Shown here: positions 33,974 through 47,400 of the stretch, piece after piece
How positions within the stretch are numbered: the stretch's first letter is position 1
Layout of the letters: each line of letters begins with the position of its first letter
Source: Fonticula alba ATCC 38817
Lineage: Eukaryota; Protista; Nucleariida
Length of the DNA stretch: 49,335 bases
Direction: 5' to 3' (one strand)
NCBI GenBank assembly: GCA_000388065.2
Contig: KB932202.1
Notes under the pieces: model-generated
What the model was told of the DNA's origin: nothing
The model's input: only the letters and a program-made list of their open reading frames with translations
Databases searched by the model: none
Made by a program: the position numbers and the translations under genes

Positions 33974-35555
33974 ATGACCTCCGCCACCTCCACCCTCCCC
34001 CCCACCCGCACCGACTCCATCCTCGGCTGCATCGGCAACACCCCGATGGTCCGCCTGGACCGCCTGGCCAAGGCCGCCGGTCTCGAGTGCGAGCTCTGGG
34101 CCAAGTGCGAGTTCTTCAACGCCGGTGGCTCCGTCAAGGACCGCATTGGCCTGCGCATGGTCGAGGAGGCCGAGAAGGACGGCATCCTCAAGCCCGGCTT
34201 CACCATCATCGAGCCCACCTCCGGCAACACCGGCATCGGTCTGGCCCTGGCCTCCGCCCTCAAGGGCTACCGCTGCATCATCACCCTCCCGGAGAAGATG
34301 TCCGACGAGAAGGTCAACGTCCTGAAGGCCCTCGGTGCCGAGATCATCCGCACCCCGACCGAGGCCGCCTGGGGTGCGTCATCACCGGCACCCGGACCGC
34401 CGCCCTCCCCCGGCTTCCCTCTCTTTCCTTTTCTCTCTCCTTTTCTCTCTCCTTTTCTCTCTCCTTTTCTCTCTCCTTTTCTCTCTCCTTTTCTCTCTTT
34501 CCTTCTCTCTTTCCTTCTCTCTTTCCTTCTCTCTTTCCTTTTCTCTTTCCTTCTCTCTCCCATTCTCTTTCCCTTTCCCTTTCCCTCTCCCTTTCCTTCT
34601 CTCCCTCTCCCTCTCCCTCTCCCTCTCCCTCTTCACGCGACCGTCCACTCACATGGCGCCTCCCCTCGCCCGCCCGCGCAGACGCCCCCGAGTCCCACAT
34701 CGGTGTTGCCAAGAAGCTCAACGCCGAGATCCCCAACTCCGTCATCCTTGACCAGTACATGAACCCCAACAACCCGCTGGCCCACTACTACGGCACCGGT
34801 GCCGAGATCCTGGCCCAGCTCGACAACAAGGTCGACATGTTCGTCTCCGCGGCCGGTACCGGTGGCACCCTCACCGGCACTGCCCGCCGCATCCTCGAGA
34901 CCGTCCCCGACTGCCATGTGCGTATCCGGTGCCCCCGTCGCGCCCTGCTCCAGCAGGCCCTCCCCCCGCGCGCCCCTTGCTGCTGCCACTGCGCCACTCC
35001 CCGTGCGCACATGCCACCTGTGCACGCCCCTCCGATACTCATCCCCCCCCCCCCCCTTCCTCCCCCGGCCGCCCGTCCCTCCGCGCACAGATCGTCGCCG
35101 TTGACCCCAAGGGCTCCATCCTCGCCGAGCCCGAGTCCCTCAACACCACCGACATCACCACCTACCAGGTGGAGGGCATCGGCTACGACTTCATTCCCGA
35201 CGTCCTGGACCGCTCCATCGTCACCGAGTGGATCAAGACCGAGGACTCCGAGTCCTTCGAGATGGCCCGCCGCCTCATCCGCGAGGAGGGCCTCCTGTGC
35301 GGTGCGTCCATACGTGGTGCCCCCATTCGCCCCTTCTCTCCTCCTCCTCGCGAACACATGCTCACGCCGTGCCTCTCCCCTCCCTCCCGCATAGGTGGCT
35401 CCTCCGGTGCCGCCGTCGTCGGCGCCCTTCAGGCCGCCAAGAAGCTCAAGGCCGGCCAGCGCTGCGTTGTCATCCTCCCCGACTCCATCCGTAACTACAT
35501 GTCCAAGCACCTGAGCGACGGCTGGATGAAGGAGAAGGGCTTCCTCGGCTGCTAA
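33974..35555 (+). CDS. CBS: Cystathionine beta-synthase, catalytic core only, 335 aa, 4 exons (33974-34373, 34682-34917, 35091-35301, 35395-35555)
   Basis: PLP lysine motif [41 protein letters not shown] and [10 protein letters not shown]. Three GTGCGT..AG introns give an open frame of 1008 nt. Confidence 0.96.
34419..34632. repeat. Polypyrimidine minisatellite in CBS intron 1 (12-bp units TTCTCTCTCCTT and TTCCTTCTCTCT, then CTCTCC units)
   Basis: Direct reading. Confidence 0.9.
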
Positions 35556-36699
35556 GTGCGCGTGCCGCGCCCTGTGGGGCGCCTTTCTCGGTGCCCCGGA
35601 GGGCGACTCCTGATGTGACGCGCGCGCGCGCGCGCGCGAGGGCGGCCTTGCGACCGCCGCCCCTCTCTCCCCCTCTCGGGGTGCTCTGTTTGGTGCACCG
35701 TGCGAGGGCGGCGCGGGGGGAGCGCTGCGGCGATAGAAGACCCTGTGAGGACCGCGGACGGGCGTTTGTGTGTTGTTGGCTGCTGCTGGTGTTGGTGCCC
35801 GCGGACGAGGCCAGGGGGGGGCACCCCCTCTTGCCTGCCGCCCCGCTGCTGCCGCATCCCATGTGCATGCACACCCACACACCCACGCTCTAGTCCCTCT
35901 TCGGCAGGGGGGGGGGCACCTCTTCGCAAGTGGTGCCCTCCTGTGCCGCCGGCCCCCCCTCTCTCCCTCGGCCCAATACACACCCCAATTTCGGATTGCG
36001 CGTGCCGGTGGCCGGTCATTTGTTAGTATGCGAGGGGGGGGGGGGGTGTATGGTGGCCATTGTCTCCTTCTCTTTCCCCTTTTTTCCCCCACCGCCGGCC
36101 TCGGCGCGCGTGCGAGGGCGCAGGGCGCGAGCCGGGCCCGGACGCCGGACGATCGCGCGACACGGCCCGCCGCCCGTTGGCACCAGGCGGCGTGCATTGG
36201 CACAGGCGAACGCAAGGTCCTGATCACGTCCCTGGGCGTCGTGCCACCGCCGGAATGCCATTCCTACATTGGGCGCCCACTCATCGCCGCCTCCCGCGCC
36301 CGGGCGCCGGGGGACACTTATCGGCGCGCGCCTCGCGCCCGGGGGGCCGGCCGGGCCCTTGCCGCCATCGAACGCAAGAAAGCCCCCTCTCCCTCCCGGC
36401 TTCCTTCCCTTGCTGCCCCTGTCAGTCCCCGCCCCTGCTGCCATTTTGTCCCCCCCCCCCTCCCACCTTCCTCTCGCCCCCTCTGCGCCCTGGCCGCCTG
36501 CCGTGCCCCCTCTCCCCTGCGGGGCGTGGACCCGCCACACGTGCCTGTCGTGCTATGTCTCCCCCCCCCCCTGGCTGATCGCCGCCCGCGCTGACACCCG
36601 CCCCCTGCCCACCCGCCTTCGCCCTTTCCCCTCTCTCCAGCTACCGCGCGCCACCACTAGGACATTCACAATGAGCGACGACCACTCTGTGCGTGCCGC

Positions 36700-36804
<105 letters not shown>

Positions 36805-37051
36805 AGGACAACTTCCCCAAACCCAAATAAACCCCCCCCCCCCCCAAAAAGAAGACACATCTCAGAAGACCACCTCGCGACGGAGCGGGGAAGACACACC
36901 TCCCCCGCCCCACAATACACCCCCCCCCCTTCATGTGTCCCCCCCCCCCCTGCTCCCAGTGTGCTGGCTTGCTTTCCCCGCGCCCCGCCCGACAAAATCA
37001 CCGCCAATCGGGGGAGGATCCATTGGCCGCGCGCGCGCGCGCACCCCGTCT

Positions 37052-37548
37052 TCAGCCGAGGCGCACCGAGCCCAGCAAGTCCGACAGGTCCGGCTCCGGC
37101 TCCTTGCCTGTGTTGGCCGCCGGGCTGGTTGGGCCGCTGGCCACGGCGCCGGCCGACTCGGCCACGGCGCCGGCCGACTCGACCGGCCCGCCGGCAAATG
37201 GCGGCCCCGTGGCCATGCGTGGCGACGCGGCGTCCGGCTCCTCGTCCGAGGCCTCCGGGCCCTCCGGGGCGTCGCCCGGCGCCACGAAATCCTCATCGAA
37301 GGGGTTGGTCGTGGGCCGGCCGGGCGCCGGGCTGCCGGGCGCCGCCGGCGTCCCGGCGTCCGAGAAGGGGTTGCTCGGGCTGTCGAAAAACCCCGGCCCC
37401 GGGGAGGCCTCCTCGAAGGGGTTGGTCGAGGGGGTGGTGCTGGCGCCGGCCGGCGATGTGGGGGCCGTGCGCCCGGCCGGGCCGCCGGCCGTCGGCCCAT
37501 CATCGAAGGGGTTCACCCCGCGGTAGGGGGCCGTCGCCGGGCTGCCGC

Positions 37549-37579
<31 letters not shown>

Positions 37580-38203
37580 GGCCCCGGCAAAGGGGTTGCT
37601 CGGCACCTCGCGGAAGGGCCCGGGGCTGCTGGCCCCCGGCCGACCGGGCGAGTGCGGCGGCGGCCGGTAATTCTGCTGGCGCATGTACTGCTGGCGCTGG
37701 AATTGCTGCTGCTGCTGCTGCTGCTGGTAGTGCTGCTGCTGCTGGTGATAGTGTTGTTGCTGCTGCTGCTGCTGCCGCTGTTGCTGTTGCTGGTACTGGC
37801 GCTGCTGCGCCTGGAAGTGCTGCTGCTGCTGCTGGTGGTACGACTGCCCGGGTGGCGGCTGGTGGTGGTGCTGAGTGGCCGGCGCGGCGCCGGCCGCATG
37901 TCGCGCCGGCCGCCGGTGCCGGCTCAGCTCCGACAAGGTGTGATCGTAGGCCGCCCGGCCGGCCGGCGTGCCGAGCTCCTTGTACGCCGCATTCAGCAGG
38001 CCCATCATGCGCGTGGCCGCGTCGAGCGTCATCTGCGGCGCCGCCTGGGCCGACTGCTGGGCCTGGGCAATCTTGTCCGGGTGGAACTCCCGCGCCCGGC
38101 GGTGGTAGGCCTTCTTGATGTCCTCCTGGCTCGGGCGCAGACAGTAATAGAGCCCGAGCACGGCATAGTGGTCGGGGAAGGGCTCCCCGGGGATCTGGTC
38201 CAT
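37052..38203 (-). CDS. N-terminal J-domain (DnaJ class C) protein with poly-Q tract and five NPF motifs, 383 aa
   Basis: DHYAVLGL..QEDIKKAYHRRAREFHPDK..LNAAYKELG..RAAYD. NPF occurs as SNPFA, VNPFD, TNPFE, SNPFS and TNPFD. Confidence 0.9.
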
Positions 38204-39150
38204 GGCGGGGGGCGCGGCCGAGAGGCGGGCGGGAAGCGAGGGGCGGAGGAGGGGGGAGGGGGGGGGGCGGACAGCAAGGTGCGCCGCGCGGGCGAGGAAA
38301 GGGAGAACAGGCGGCAGAGACGCCGGGCGAGAGGTGCGGGACGAGGGGACTGCGCGGCGAGGCCCACGCCCCAGGGCTCTGGAGTGCGCCGCCAAGAATG
38401 GCCCCGGGCCGGGCCGGGCGGCGGGCGGGGGGGGGGGGGGCAGCGAGGCCGTGTGTCGATTGCCGCACAGCCGAGCGCGCACATGCACTGGTGATGCGAT
38501 CAGATGCCCCTGGCGAGCGCGGCGCCAGAGGCCGGGCCCCACGGCCCGGGGCCACAAAGCCAAGGCTTGGCCGGGGGGCGGGGGAGGGGGGACGTGCGCG
38601 CCCGCGAGATCTTCCCCGGCCGGCCGGATCCCCCCGGCCCAGATGCCAGCTCTTGCCGTTTGAAACTGCCGCCGGCGCCCTCCCGAAGGGGGAAGCCCAT
38701 TCGCAGCCCGAACCCCCCCCGCCCCTCGTCCTCTCCTCGCCCCCCCGGGGGGAGGGGCGTGTGCGCCTGCGGGGCGTGTGTGCCCGAGCGCCTCCCCCCC
38801 CCCCGCCGCCGTACATCCGGCCAGCGTGCTACGCGGGCGTGTGTGTGTGTGTGTGTGACGGGCGCCGCCCGCTCCGCGGGCCGCCAGGCGACACCTCCGT
38901 TCCGATGGAGTAGAATGGAATCACCATCCAGATCGGGCACGCGAAGGAAAAAAAAAAAACAAAGGGAGGTGCATTGTGTTTGATGTACAAATATGTATGG
39001 AAATATGTGCATGTGTGTCGGCGTGTGGAGGGCACGCGCACGCACGCGCGCGGCGGGGAGGGGGGGAGCGGCGCCGTTGCCACGGGCGCCCCCGTCCGCA
39101 GCCATCCACAGGGAGAAACAACAGGGGGGGGGGGAGGGGGGGGCCGCCCC

Positions 39151-39545
39151 TCAGCGGCGGGCGCCACCGCCATTCCGGGGCTTCTTGCCCCCGGCGGCGG
39201 CGGTGCCTCCCGGCGAGGAGGCCGTCCCCGGCGAGGCCCCGCCGGCAGTGGCCAGCGGGTTCATCAACAGATTCGAGGACGAGGCGAAGGCCGTGTTGCG
39301 CGGGACATCCAGGTCGTTGATCAGCACGAAGTCCGGCGCCGAGGGCTCGATCGGCTGCTTGAGCGTGGCCGCCGCGAGGAGGTCCGTTCCGCTGGCCGAT
39401 GGCGACAGGCTCTGAAGGTGCGCGGCCGGGGGGCCGGCGCTGGCCGGCACCGCGGCACCGGCCGGCGACGTGACGGCCGTGATCACCGGCGAAGAGGCCG
39501 ACGAGTCGCCGGACACCGGGCGTGGCGGGGTCGCCAGCCCGGTGC

Positions 39546-39585
<40 letters not shown>

Positions 39586-41443
39586 CGGGCGCATGGCCCG
39601 GAAGAGCTTCCGCCCGCCGGAGACCATGCTGCGCAGGGTCGACGAGCTGGACGAAGCGGCCGAGTGCGAGGAGCCCCCGGCCCCACGGCGCCCGGACTCC
39701 GGGTGGGCCCCGCCGGCCAGGTAGATCGTCGGCCGGGGGGGCGGGTTCGGCGGGACCAGGGCCCGGTCGATTTGCGGCAGCAGCGCATCCAGCAGCCCGG
39801 TGCACTCGCTCAGGGCATCCCACGCCAGGTAGAAGGCGTGCAAATACCCCGGCAGGTGGAGGTCGCTGCCGACACACGCGGCCACCGCCGCCTGCGACCG
39901 CTCGGCAAAGGTGGCCACCGACAGCGTGTACCGGTCCCGGAAGTAGGCCACCGCCAGGCCCAGCATGCGCAGGAAGTAGCTCTGGTCCAGGTTGGTGTCC
40001 ACCAGCAGGTACTGCAGCTCGGCCCGGTCGGCCGCCGAATGCGGGCTCTTCACACTGCCCAGGGCCTCCTGCAGCAGGGACAAGTCCGGCAACGAGTGCG
40101 GGCTGATCAGCGGCTGGTCCTCGGTCGTGGAGGCCAGCAGCTCCAGCATCAACTCCATGCCGGACCCCGGGTCCTCGGCCAGCTGCTCCGGCAGGGCCAG
40201 ATGCGCCAGCTCGAAGCCCAGCCCATGCAGCGACGCTTGGACAATGCGCTGCCGCAGGAGGGCCTTGCTGGCCAGCACCTGCTCCAGCGCCAGCAGTCCA
40301 TTCTCATGGCCCAGGGCCAGCCCCAGCAGGTGGATGTCCGCCACGGCGGCCGTCGGCCACGACGCGGCCAGCGGCCCGCCGGCCGACCGAGTGCGCTGGT
40401 GCCCGCCCGCCTGGCCGGCATTCACCCGGATGGTGGTGGTCCCGTCGGCGTGGGCCGCCTCCCGCGGCGGGAGCATGCCCAACAGCGGCAGCCCGGCCAC
40501 GCGCAGGAGACTCCCCCGCGCCAGCCACACCTCCGGCGGGGCATCGGCCCGGCCGGTGGCCGCCGGCAGGTCGCCCAGCGCGCGCTTCTCCGCGCTCGCC
40601 GTGCACCGCGCCCCGGCCCCGAAGACAAAGTCCCCGACCTGGGCAAAGGTCAGGCTCGAGCCCCCGGCCGCCAGGGTCCGGCAAACCTGCCGCGCGATCG
40701 GATCCTCGCGCAAGATCGACTCCACGGTCGACAGCGGGACCGCCGTCGGCAGGGCCGCCGCCCCCGCGCCGCCGGCCTCATCGCCATGCTCGGCCGCCAG
40801 GGCCGCCGCCGTGTCATGCTCGGCCACCAGCCGCCGCAGGTCCTCCAGGCTCGAGACGCCCGTTCGCGCCAGCAGCCCCGGCCGGACCAGCAGCAGCAGC
40901 AGCACATCCAAATGACCACGGCGCCGGGCCAGGCCGACCGCCGGCCCGGCTGGCTGCCCGGCCCCGGCCAGCGACCCGGCCGCCAACGGCGCCAGGAAGT
41001 CATCCGCCTGCCCCGGCCCGCAGGCCGCGAACACCGACACCCCGGCCGCGCTGCCGCCCAGCCCCGACGTCGGCGAGGGCAGGTGCATGGCGCTGGTGCT
41101 GCCGCTGCCGGCCCCGGCATGGAAGTCCGCCGGCACCGGGATCACCACCGCCGGCTGCGACCGCGTGGCGGCCACAAACTTCAGGAAGGTATCCCGCGAG
41201 ATGATGCCCGTGCGGTTGGGGTCCAACGCGCGCAGCAACAACCCAAAGGCATCGGCCCCGGCATCCACGGCCACATGCGCCGCATCGTCCAGGAAGGCCT
41301 CCGGGCTGATGTCCAGCTCGTCCAGCAGCACACGCAAGTCCGCATACCCGACTTCCGCCTCGTCGCAGGAGAACCGATTGAAGGCCGCCACCCACTCGGG
41401 GCTGGCGCGCGCCAGCAGCCCATCCGGCAGGGCCGCCGCCGAC

Positions 41444-41474
<31 letters not shown>

Positions 41475-44400
41475 ACTGGGCATCCTCCTCCACCTCGGCC
41501 GTGGCGGTCACCACCACCGGCGAGGGGGGGGCGGCCTCGGTGGCCGCCGCCTCGCGGCCGCCCACCACCGGGGCCACCTGGGCAACGGTGCGCGCACGAC
41601 ACGCCCCCCCGGCCCGGGCCAGGGCATTCAGCCCGTCGGCCACCGACCGCAGGATCCAATTCAGCGCGAAGAGCGCCTCGCTGGCGGCCCACAGCTTCAG
41701 CAGCAGCCGCGGCTCATGCGCCAGCATGAAGGACCGCAGCAGGCCCCGGTCCGGCGCCCCGAGGAAGGGCAGCCGCGTCAGGGGGGCCACCCCGCGGCCG
41801 AGCAGCGGCCGCGCCGCCGGCGGTGCCGACAGCAGCGGAATGTCCTTGGCGATGCTGGTCGACGAGGTGGACCGCTGGTGCGCCCGCAAGGACCCGCCCC
41901 CGGACCCGGACGACGCCCCGGACGAGGCCACCGGGATGTCCGCCGAGATGATGAAAATGATGCGCGACAGGTCCGCATGGCAGGCGGCCAGCTGACCGGA
42001 CGCCTGGTCGAGCCAGCCCTGCGTCAGGGCCCCCGGGCCGGCCGGGCCCCGCAGGACCAGCGCCTCCAGCCCGGCCAGCCCGGCCTGCAAGCTGTCCCAC
42101 TGCGTGAGGAAGGCCCGCTCCAGGGGGCTGCGCCCGGCGGTGGACGAGGAAGAGGCCGCAGGCGACGCCGCGGGCCCGTCACTCGGGGACTTGGCCCCGG
42201 TGGCTGGCGGCTGGGCCGCCTCATCGGCCCCGGCCTCCGCCGGAGCGGTGTCCGGCTCGGCCGCGATAACGGCCTCCGGCGCCACGTCGCCCGCGTCGGC
42301 CACCGCCTCCCCGGGCACATCGGCCACATCGGCCTCACCGGGAGTACCGGGAGTATCACCGGGCACATCGGCCACATCGGCCTCGGCCGGGGGAGCACCC
42401 CCGGCCGCGCCGGCGGCATCGGCCTCGACATCGCCGCCGGCCGGGTCGTCAGCCTCCTCCGGCACGTCGCCGGCATCCACCAAACGAAGCAGGGCCGCCA
42501 GGTCGGCCGCGCGCCCGGCCCACGACTCCGACACATCCGCATGGTCCTCCACAAAGCCCAGGTACGCCGCAATGCGCGCCCCGATGGCCACCGTGTCGAC
42601 CGGCACAAACTTCGCCAGCAGCCCGGGCACATCGAGCCCACGCGCCAGCGCCGGCGCCAGCTCCGGCACCGCCAGCAGTCGCTCCAGGTGATTCTGCTGA
42701 TCCAGCAAGTGCCGGAGCAGGGCCACCAGCGACCGGCCGGACACCGCGCTGATCGGGCACAGCGGCCCGGCCACGGTCAAGTCCCCATCCCCCAGCAGGA
42801 GGGCCTGCTGCAGCACCGGCAGCGGGATCATGCGCGCCAGGGCCGGCGCCTCGGCCAGGCCGAAGACATCGCCACCGCCACCGGCGACGGCCCCCTGGTC
42901 CGGGGCCGAAAGGCCGGCCGGGCCCGAGACACTCCCCCCGGCACCGGAGGGGGCCCCCGAGCCGCCCGGCACCGCCAGCGAATCGTGCGACCCGCTGCCG
43001 GTCAGCGCCCCCGGCGAGGAAAGGCTGTCAAAGGACCCGCACGCCAGGGACGTGTTGTACAGCACCGAGGAGGAGTAGCCCCCGGGGCCGGCCAGCGGCG
43101 GGGCCGGCGACCGGAGGATCGGCACCGTGCCGCCGGCCGGCCCGTCCTCCGGGTGCCCGTCGCCCCCATCGCCACCGCTCGGCTGGTAGAAGGGCTCCAG
43201 CGTGGCCAGCAGCAAATCCAACTCGCAGTACGTCCGCGCCAGGACCAGCGTCGAGGACCGCACCTCAAAGGCATGGCCCAGGCGCTGCCACAGCTGGCTC
43301 CGCGCAGCGGCAATGCCCCGGCCCACGGCCACCCACCGGTCGGCCAGGAACCCGAGCGCCGCATCCAGCTCCCCGACAGTCAGGACCAATGACTGCCCGG
43401 CGTCCAGCGGCACGGCCAGGTTGTCCAGCGCCCGGTGCAGCGGCTCCGGCAGGGCGGCCACCAGCCCGGCCGGGTCCCCCTCCGGGCCCTCCTCGGCGCT
43501 GGTGACCGGCGCAAAGAGCCGGCACGAGGCCGGCAACGACGCCGGCAGCACATCCCGGAAGATGGCCCACGCCGCGAAGAAGTCCTGCGCCACGGAGTCC
43601 AGCTCCAGCAGCGCGTCCAGCAGCTGCTGCTCATCGAGGCTGTGCAGCAGCGGCGACTCGGCCGCCAGGGCACGCCCCCCGGCCGCGAGGGACGACAACC
43701 GCGGCAGCGTCTCGCCCAGGGCCAGGGCCGACCCGGCCCGCGACAGGGTCCGGCTCAGCCGGTCATGCAGCGACACCAGCACCGCGCGCCGGTCGCTGCC
43801 CAGCTGCACCGCCAGCGGCGGGCCGCTGACATTCGACCGCAAGGCCGCCACCAGCCCGGCACACTCGGCCTGCATGGTCCCCAGCCGCCGGGTCATGCCC
43901 GGCAGCGAGGTCACGAAATTCACCAGCGCCTGCTCCTGGCTCGGGGCCAGGGACAGCGACATGGCGGCCCCGGGCCCGGCCATGCCCGGCAACGAGGAGC
44001 CCGACCCGGAGGAGGACATGGCCAACCCGGCCCCGGCCCCGGGGCTGGACCCGGCCGGCGAGTCGCCCAGCCCGGCCCCGGCCACCGGCGCCGTCACCGG
44101 CGAATGGGCCGCCAATGGCGACGACACGCTGGGGATGGCCGTGGCCGTGGCCGCGGCCACACCAGCATGGCGCTCCTGCCGGGGGGTGGTCGGCGGCGAG
44201 GCCAGCGCCCCGGCCGACCCGGCCGCCTGGGGCCCGGGCGATGGGGGCGCCGGCCCGGCACCGGCCGCCAGCAACCCGGTCGAACTGGCCACCGGCCCGG
44301 CACCGGCCGCGCTGCTGCCCGGCGACAGCAGCAGCCCCGACGACTCGGACCCACTGCCGCCCACCAGCCCGGCACGGTCGCCGGCCGACTCCAAGTTGGC

Positions 44401-47400
44401 CGACTGCCCGGCCAGCATGGCCAAATACTGCGCATGCACGGCCATGTCCGTGGCATGGGCCTCCGACAGGAGGGCCCGCTGGCGCAGGCTCGTATCCGGC
44501 GCCAGCACCCCGGTGGCAAAGTCCCGCAGGGGCCCCAGCAGATCCCCCGGCGAGGGGGACTCCACAAACAGGCTCGACAGCGGCACCCACAGCCGGGTCA
44601 GGCACCCGCGCCCGGACAGGTCACTGCCCCGCGGGAACCCCAGCGCCGAGGGGAAGGACCCGGGCAGCGACTCGTCCAGCACCGCCGACACGCTGTGGCA
44701 GGACTCCGCCAGCCACCGCGCCTCCAGCACATGGCTGAACACGAGGGCCGCCTTCCGGTGCATGTCCTCCATCAGCCGCAGGACATGCAGCAGGCGCACG
44801 GTCAGCGTGCTGCTCCCCTGGCGCAGGGCGCAGAACCGCGTGGCCGTGAACCGCAAATTGTTGATCTGCTGGGCATTGGTCCCGCCGGCGGCCGCGCCCG
44901 CGGCCGCGGCCGCCCGCCGCGCGCACAGCACATCCGTCAGGGAGGTGATCATCGGCGCCGGGGCGATGACCAGCCCGCTGGCGGTGGACCCGCCCACGGC
45001 ATCGAGAGGGCCCCCGGCCAGGGCCGGGCTCGCCTCGCCGGCCTCCCCGGCATCGGCCGCCGGGAAGAGCACCTGCGACCCGGCCGCCGACCCGGGCAGC
45101 GACCCGGGCAGCGACCCCTTGCGGCCGGACGCCCCGGCCGGCCCCGGGGCCAGCGAGCCCAGTGACCCGGCCCCGGCCCCGGCCCCGGCCCCGGCCCCGG
45201 CCGGTGCGCCGACAGCCACGCCGCCGCTGGCATCCCGCGCCAGCAGGAAGATCGACGCCCCGGCCAGCGGGGCCACCCGCTCCACCTGGTCGCCGTACGA
45301 CTGCAGGGCCTGCTTCATTTGCAGGCCGAAGCCCACCAGCCCGCGGATGCGCGTGCGCGTGTGCGCCAACAGCTCGCACTCCAGGGCCCAGCTCCGGGTC
45401 TGGAGCGCGCGCAAATCCCCCGCCAGGGTGACCAGGCGCTCCTCGGCCGGGGCGGCCGTCGCCCCGTCGCCCGGGCCCGACAGCTCCAGCGGGTACGACA
45501 GGATGGCGTCCACCTCGAACAGGTCGCCCTCCAGGGCATTCAGCCGCCCATGGGCCCCATCGATCAGGGTCTCCTCCGCATGCAGGCAAGCCGACACCGC
45601 CGACACCAACTCATTGGACACATGGCCCAGGATGTTGGATGCCAGCAGCTCGAAGACCACCTGCTGCGCCGGGACAATGACCCCGGCCGTGGCCCCCGGC
45701 GGCGGGGGCGTCGCATTCGGGCCCATGCTCGACGCCAGCAGCGCCAGCACATGCGTGTCCCCCAGATCGCCACTCGGCCCGGGGAACGGCACGCACAGCT
45801 GCTGCGTCATTTGCAGCAGCCCATACAGCCGGTTGAGCCGGTGCAGCCGCACGTCGGCCGTCGACGCGGCGATGGCCAACGGCGCCACCGACGCCAGGCT
45901 CAACAGCACCGGGCCGCCGGCCGGCGAGCCGGACGACGACGCATCCTCCTCGGCCGGCAGCAGGTCCCCCGACAGCGAGGACACATGCTGCCCATCGTCG
46001 CCGGTGGCCGTGGCCGCCGCCGCCGCCACCGGCAGCTGGAGCAGCTGCGCCGCCACCGCCGCCGGGCCCACCAGCACCGAGGTCGTCAGCCACAGGGCCG
46101 ACACCGGGGCCCCGATCAGCTCCATCAGGAAATCCTGCAGCTGACCGACATACCCGTGCATGGCCTCGGTGACATCCTCCCCGGCACCGGCCACCCCGAC
46201 CAGGGTGAAGTCATCGGCCGCCCCCGGGCCGGGGGACAGGCAGATCGGCACCGCGCCCAGGGACTCGGGCGATTGGTCCGGCGCCGCCATATCCCCCACC
46301 TGGGCGGTCGGCGTGACGGCCGCCGAGTCGATGCCCGACGTGCCGGCCGCCGGCGCACCATCGCCCAGGGCACCGGCCGCCCCGGCCGAAGCCAACAGCC
46401 CCGGGCTCGGCCCCGGGGCCAGGCGCTTCAGGCAGATGGCCAGCGCGGCCTGCACCGTCGGCGAACGGGCCACCTCTTCCATTTGGCTGGCCTTCTGCAG
46501 GAAGGCCTCCACGCTGGCCAGGGCCCCGGCCGCCGCCGGCGACACCGCCACCCGGTCCTCGGACCCGGTGACCAGCTTGCACTTGACCGCCAGCGCCCCG
46601 GCCAGCGCCAGCAAATGGTCCACATCCCCGAGGACCAGCCCCAGGGCCGCCCCGGCGTCCGGATCCAGCGGGGCCGGCACCGGCACCGACCCGGCGGCCG
46701 CCAGCCCGAGCCCGCGCACCGCCTCCAAGACCGTCTCCTCGGAGGGCTGCTTCAGGGCCGCCAGCCGGGCCAGGGCCGCCAGCGCGCGCTCCAGCGCCGC
46801 CCCGGCCCCGGGCCCGGTGGCCGTCCAGTGCAGCTGCAGCACCGAGGCCGCATGGCCGGCCGCCGCGGCCTGGCACGCGGCCGCCGCGCGGCGCAGCTCC
46901 CCGAGCGTGGCCTCCGACAGGAGGGACCCCCCGCCCGGGGCGGTCGACTGCTCCATGTCCAGGCGCCGGTGCAGGGCCGCCACCTGGTGGAACAGCCGCG
47001 CCAGCGACCGCTCCAGCCCGGGCAGCGCGGTGGCCAGGGCACCCTGGCCGGTCTCCCCGGCCAGGCGCTCGGCCATGTCGGCCGGCACCGCCAGCGCCCC
47101 GGTGGCCGAGCACACCGCCCCGAAGCGCCCGAGCAGGGTGCACAGGTGCCGCGACTCGGCCCCGAAGGCCAGCAGCTGCCCGGCAAAGCTGCTCACCAAG
47201 GACGCACGCTCCGCCTCCTCGGTCAGGTGGGCCAGCTTGTCCAGCAGACGCTGGCCGCGCTCGGCCAGGGCCGAATAGTCCCGCTGCATGGCCACATGCA
47301 GCTCCTCGGCCTCCGGCCCGGCGAAGATGTCCACCGGCACGGCGGCCAGCTGCTCGGAATGGGTCTGCCGCAGGCGCAGCAGCGTCTGCAGGCGCCGGAG

